64,000 bases of DNA from NCBI RefSeq assembly GCF_009914755.1, contig NC_060947.1. One strand, 5' to 3'. How positions within the stretch are numbered: the first letter of the stretch is position 1; every line of letters begins with the position of its first letter. Below are positions 55,172 through 64,000 of the stretch, piece by piece. Below the pieces are notes generated by a model. That model was not told the origin of the DNA, ran no database searches, and saw only the letters and a program-made list of their open reading frames with translations. The DNA is from the human T2T-CHM13v2.0 reference genome, Homo sapiens. Position numbers and translations under genes: made by a program.

Positions 55172-56188
55172 ATGGGGAAAAAACAGAACAGAAAAACTGG
55201 AAACTCTAAAACGCAGAGCGCCTCTCCTCCTCCAAAGGAACGCAGTTCCTCACCAGCAACGGAACAAAGCTGGATGGAGAATGATTTTGACGAGCTGAGA
55301 GAAGAAGGCTTCAGACGATCAAATTACTCTGAGCTACGGGAGGACATTCAAACCAAAGGCAAAGAAGTTGAAAACTTTGAAAAAAATTTAGAAGAATGTA
55401 TAACTAGAATAACCAATACAGAGAAGTGCTTAAAGGAGCTGATGGAGCTGAAAACCAAGGCTCGAGAACTACGTGAAGAATGCAGAAGCCTCAGGAGCCG
55501 ATGCGATCAACTGGAAGAAAGGGTATCAGCAATGGAAGATGAAATGAATGAAATGAAGTGAGAAGGGAAGTTTAGAGAAAAAAGAATAAACAGAAATGAG
55601 CAAAGCCTCCAAGAAATATGGGACTATGTGAAAAGACCAAATCTACGTCTGATTGGTGTACCTGAAAGTGATATGGAGAATGGAACCAAGTTGGAAAACA
55701 CTCTGCAGGATATTATCCAGGAGAACTTCCCCAATCTAGCAAGGCAGGCCAACGTTCAGATTCAGGAAATACAGAGAACGCCACAAAGATACTCCTCGAG
55801 AAGAGCAACTCCAAGACACATAATTGTCAGATTCACCAAAGTTGAAATGAAGGAAAAAATGTTAAGGGCAGCCAGAGAGAAAGGTCGGGTTACCCTCAAA
55901 GGAAAGCCCATCAGACTAACAGCGGATCTCTCGGCAGAAACCCTACAAGCCAGAAGAGAGTGGGGGCCAATATTCAACATTCTTAAAGAAAAGAATTTTC
56001 AACCCAGAATTTCATATCCAGCCAAACTAAGCTTCATAAGTGAAGGAGAAATAAAATACTTTATAGACAAGCAAATGCTGAGAGATTTTGTCACCACGAG
56101 GCCTGCCCTAAAAGAGCTCCTGAAGGAAGCGCTAAACATGGAAAGGAACAACCGGTACCAGCCGCTGCAAAATCATGCCAAAATGTAA
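55172..56188 (+). pseudogene. LORF1: L1 ORF1p with premature stop R130*
   Basis: 338-codon frame preserved; CGA>TGA at 55559-55561; also K140N and V168M relative to the recalled L1Hs consensus. Confidence 0.96.
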
Positions 56189-56224
56189 AGACCATCGAGA
56201 CTAGGAAGAAACTGCATCAACTAA

Positions 56225-60079
<3,855 letters not shown>

Positions 60080-61056
60080 ACAATGAGATCACATGGACAC
60101 AGGAAGGGGAATATCACACTCTGGGGCCTGTGGTGGGGTTGGGGGAGGGGGGAGGGATAGCATTGGGAGATATACCTAATGCTAGATGACACATTAGTGG
60201 GTGCAGCACACCAGCATGGCACATGTATACATATGTAACTAACCTGCACAATGTGCACATGTACCCTAAAACTTAAAGTATAATTAAAAAAAAAAAAAAA
60301 AAAAAAAAAAAGAAGGGGCAGCATCAGTGAGTTCTTGGAGCTGTAAAACAGTGTGGCCTGTGCAGGAAACCTAGGTGACGGAGGGCGCATGCTCTTTGTA
60401 GTGTGCTGTCATGGCCTTCCTTTGCCAAACTCAAAGTTGGACACAAGGGGCTTGGAAAGCTGTAGCGATGGCTGGTGAGGACCAGACCTGTACCAGGCTC
60501 CACAGCACATGCTTCCGCTGCTGTCTCCAGACTGTGGCTTGCACTTCATCCAGATCATTACTAGCCGGGCCATCAATTCTCAGAACATGGGTTTCTGCCT
60601 GCTTTGACTGGCCTGGTTGAATTGATGAAGCAATGAACTGGTTCCTTCACTTACTTGAAATTTGAGAATTTAAGTTTTTGGTTTGTTTGTTTGTTTTTTG
60701 TTTTTAATAATGCCTCAATTTAGGGTTGCTTTGATGAATACATAGCCACAAAATAGTATCAGTGGTTACACAGGCACCAAGAAAAATGCAAATGCTGTGC
60801 CTTGTTCCCATCATGCCTGCCACTCTTTGCAATGTAATATAAAATGCAACTGCTGGGTGCCAGCAGTGGTTATTTCAAAAGGCTCATTCAGTTGCTTTTT
60901 AACTCCTAAGTCTTGTGGCTTTCACTAGCATAACCTAACCTAACCTAACCTTACATAACATAACAGCACTTCAGATGTGACCCACACAAAGTTCAATCAT
61001 CCAATGGCAGAAATCAATAGAAAAAAAAAATGTGCTTAGGAGGATTGGCTTGGTTG

Positions 61057-61451
61057 CAGGATTGGGACTAAGGTGAGGTGAGTAAGTCACTTGCCTTACA
61101 CACAAGATTTAAGGGGATAGTCAAGATAAATAATATTTCAATGCAAAATTTTAAAAATTCAAATTGACAAACTATGCCCAAGAAATGGGCAGCTTGTTTT
61201 TGTAAATGAGGTTTTATCAGACATAGGGCCAGGATTAGAGTGAGACAAATGAGGCATGGTTGTGCAAGTGCAGGGTTGGATTCTGTCTTGATTTTAAATT
61301 TTCATATTTTGCTCATGGAATTTTAGCATTAATTTTGAGTTTTATAATATTGCATCAAAATAGAATTTATTTTAATTACTGAGGTTTTGGGTGTCCCTTT
61401 AAATTTTGCAGCCAAGGTGAGTGTCTCCCCTACCCTACCCTAGTCCTGGCC
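61057..61451. mobile_element. Two MER96B-like hAT elements in inverted orientation (61057-61165 + partial; 61225-61451 -) with a MER58-like fragment between
   Basis: GGGACTAAGGTGAGGTGAGTAAGTCACTTGCC...ATTTAAGGGG mirrors CCCTTTAAATTTTGC...CCCTAGTCCTGGCCC. Confidence 0.6.
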
Positions 61452-61700
61452 CCACTTGATGAAACCAAACTGGAAGCTGCTCTCCAAAGGCTTCCGTTCT
61501 TCAAACCTGGGGACCTCGTCAGTTAAAGTCAAAGGCACAAATGAATTCCTCCTCAGAAACAGCTAAGGGGAGCAGAGTATCAGATTATGAATCTTGCCTG
61601 CATATGGTACTTTAATATCCATAAATTTTTCCTTTTTCCTTTGTTACAGTCAAGTCCCAGAAGAAGTTAAAATGTGGACCTTCGAACCAATAAATACAAA

Positions 61701-61746
61701 GATCAAAGTCTAATTTAATTATGATCAAAGTCTAATTTAATTATGA
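61701..61746. repeat. Perfect 22-bp tandem duplication
   Basis: GATCAAAGTCTAATTTAATTAT x2. Confidence 0.95.
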
Positions 61747-63231
61747 CATACACATTAAACCTAACTTGAGAGATGGACAAATGGGACAATTTGGGTGGAA
61801 CATGTGTATATACAGATATGTCCCCACCTAAGCTTTTTGGCATAAACTAGCTTACACTCAGGTGAAATCCCATCTCTATGTAAAAAGTTTTGAATTTATG
61901 GTATTTGATTATTTTCTAAAGAGATAGAGCCTCTTGAAATTATGGTTCTTCTTTGAGCACATAGGCATAATTGAGATATCATAATTGAATATGCATTCGA
62001 GACATGCATTTCATACATGAAAGAGCTGAACTGGGTCACCTAAGACATCTGGAGATATCTTTAAAGTGTGAAGCTGCTAATATTTGCAATGATGGACATA
62101 CATCCTTTGCAGCATGGGTGCAACTGCTTTCTGGGCTCCAGTGACTTCCCTAGTGCTACTGTAATCTACTAAGTAAATGAGCATTTTTTAATAAAGAGCA
62201 ATTTGTCTAATGAGCAGGGTTGGTTACTCACTGTGGAAACACAGCATGTGATTAAAATTACACTAGCAGAATAAAGCAGAGCAATTGAGTCGTTGACAGC
62301 CCCTTCCCATAACCTCATTTAAGTCTTTCTCCTTCCTCAGAATAGAGCTCTAACTACAAACTGCATACAGAAGCATCAGGCATTGTCATGCCTTGTGATG
62401 GCTCCCATCCAGTGCCAGCAGGACTAACTGAAGCTTCAGGCCCCAGAGAATAGGGCCAGCCCCAGAAACAGTTAGGAAGGTGGAACGCGGTACCAGGAAA
62501 ACAGCAAGCCATCAGTACTGGGGAGTCAGACCTCAAGTGGTAGCCATACTGCCAAGTAGCCATGGCCCAGCCACAAGAAATTGAGGAACCAGCAAGCCTC
62601 AGGACACATTGATCAGATTTTCTTTAATAGTCATGTTTGCAGCTAAGATCTGTAAAAAGAGTTGGTGGGGAGAGGAAAAAAATAGATTAGGATTTGATAT
62701 TATTATCTGAAACATCTGCCTTGAGTTTTAGAGGATGTCAAAACCAAAACTAATTGCCAGGTAGATCTAGAGGGCTGTTTAATATTTTAGTTGGTAGATT
62801 TAATTAAAGAGGTTAGGAAAATCAAAGTATAATTCATTTTGGACTAGTCAAATGGAATGCATCTGATTAATTTCTCAGCAGGTAGACGGGCCTCAGCCAT
62901 CATGTTAGCTTTGAAGGAAGGACTCAGGCCATGGGGGAAGGCCTGACAAGAGCAGGGCATGGCTTCTGTCTTAGGAACCGGGCTGCATTTCAAGACAAGC
63001 CCATGGCCCTGGACACGAGATTCAGTTGTAATGACTGGGACATGAAGGGAGTCTTGCTCTCCACTGGTAGCGGACCTGAGTCTTGGGTATAAGGTAGGAG
63101 GAAGCAAGGAGGACTTGGTGTCACAGTCTTGTTGCCGCTGGCTCCTGCCTCAGGACACAGGGGTTCTGTTGCCTGGTGTGTGCCCAGGTGGGCCCAGCTC
63201 TTGCTGAGGCTGCCAGTTAGGCACCTACCCC

Positions 63232-63661
63232 TGTTGTTAGTTTCCTAGGGCTGCTGTAACAAAATATCAGAAACTTTGTGGCTTAAAACAACAGAACTTT
63301 ACTCCTTCACCATTCTAGAAGTTTGAAATCTGAAATCAAGATGTTGGCAGGGCCACATTCCCTCTGAAGGCTCTAGGGGATAATCCTTCCTCGCCTCTTC
63401 CAGCTTCTGGTGACTCCAAGCATTCTTTTCTTGTGGCCACGTCACTCCAATCTCTGCCTCCATCTTTACATGGCCTTTTCTCCACTGTCTGTGTCTTCTC
63501 CTCTTCCGTCTCTTATGAGGACACTCTAAATCCAGGATGATCTCCACATTTCAAGATCCTTTGTTTAATTATATCTGCAAAGACCGCTTTTCCGAATAAG
63601 ATTGCAATCACAGGTTCCAGGTGAACATATCTTTTGGAGGGACACTACTTGAGCCACTTCA
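63232..63661 (-). mobile_element. MLT1B/C-like MaLR solo LTR
   Basis: TTAGTTTCCTAGGGCTGCTGTAACAAA...GGCTTAAAACAACAG...CCCTCTGAAGGCTCTAGGG...CAGGTTCCAGGTGAACATATCTTTTGG. Confidence 0.85.
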
Positions 63662-64000
63662 CCCTGAATTTTGAGTTTCCTATTCGTTCCACATCGCTCT
63701 GTGTGGAGACTACTTGTATTGGCACTGTTGGTGTGGCTGCCCAGCTCCTTTCAGAGTGTTCAGAAGCCTGATGGATATCCAGTGCTACTGCTCAGTGGGC
63801 CAAAATGTGGACAGGTCAAGGCCCAGACATTGAAGGCATAGTTCTGACACTCTCATCATGCTACAGCTGGGGTGTTTGCCATAATTGCTACTAATCATAG
63901 TGAAAGCTTTTAAAAATGGTTTTACAATCTTCTTCTGGAAAATTTTTTTCTCCATTCATAATAAAATGAGTGTTTTAATGAACAAGAGGGCATTCAGCTC

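Noticed and set aside
61625-61700. Strong-looking splice acceptor (pyrimidine tract + TTACAG), with similar sites at ~12180, ~12667 and ~40764
   Set aside because: No matching donor with a recognisable coding frame; such motifs are common by chance, though lncRNA exons cannot be excluded without transcript data

Overview
Primate (most likely human) repeat-rich non-coding genomic DNA; I could not identify any cellular protein-coding exon. The main feature is a full-length (~6.05 kb) L1Hs-class LINE-1 at 54265-60310 (+) with a 15-bp TSD, an intact 5'UTR YY1 site, intact antisense ORF0, an ORF1 broken by one CpG nonsense change (R130*), and an open 1275-aa ORF2. Its 3' diagnostic bases are discordant (ACA with A, not G). 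The window also holds the 3' 2 kb of an older L1PA, a BC200 (BCYRN1) retrocopy, a complete THE1D MaLR provirus, a solo ERV1 LTR, an MLT1 LTR, about 10 Alus (several nested), old L1M/L2/MIR/CR1 fragments, DNA-transposon relics and many short local duplications, some apparently templated. I found no evidence of a new biological system. Subfamily calls come from recalled consensus sequences, and boundaries of ancient repeats are approximate.
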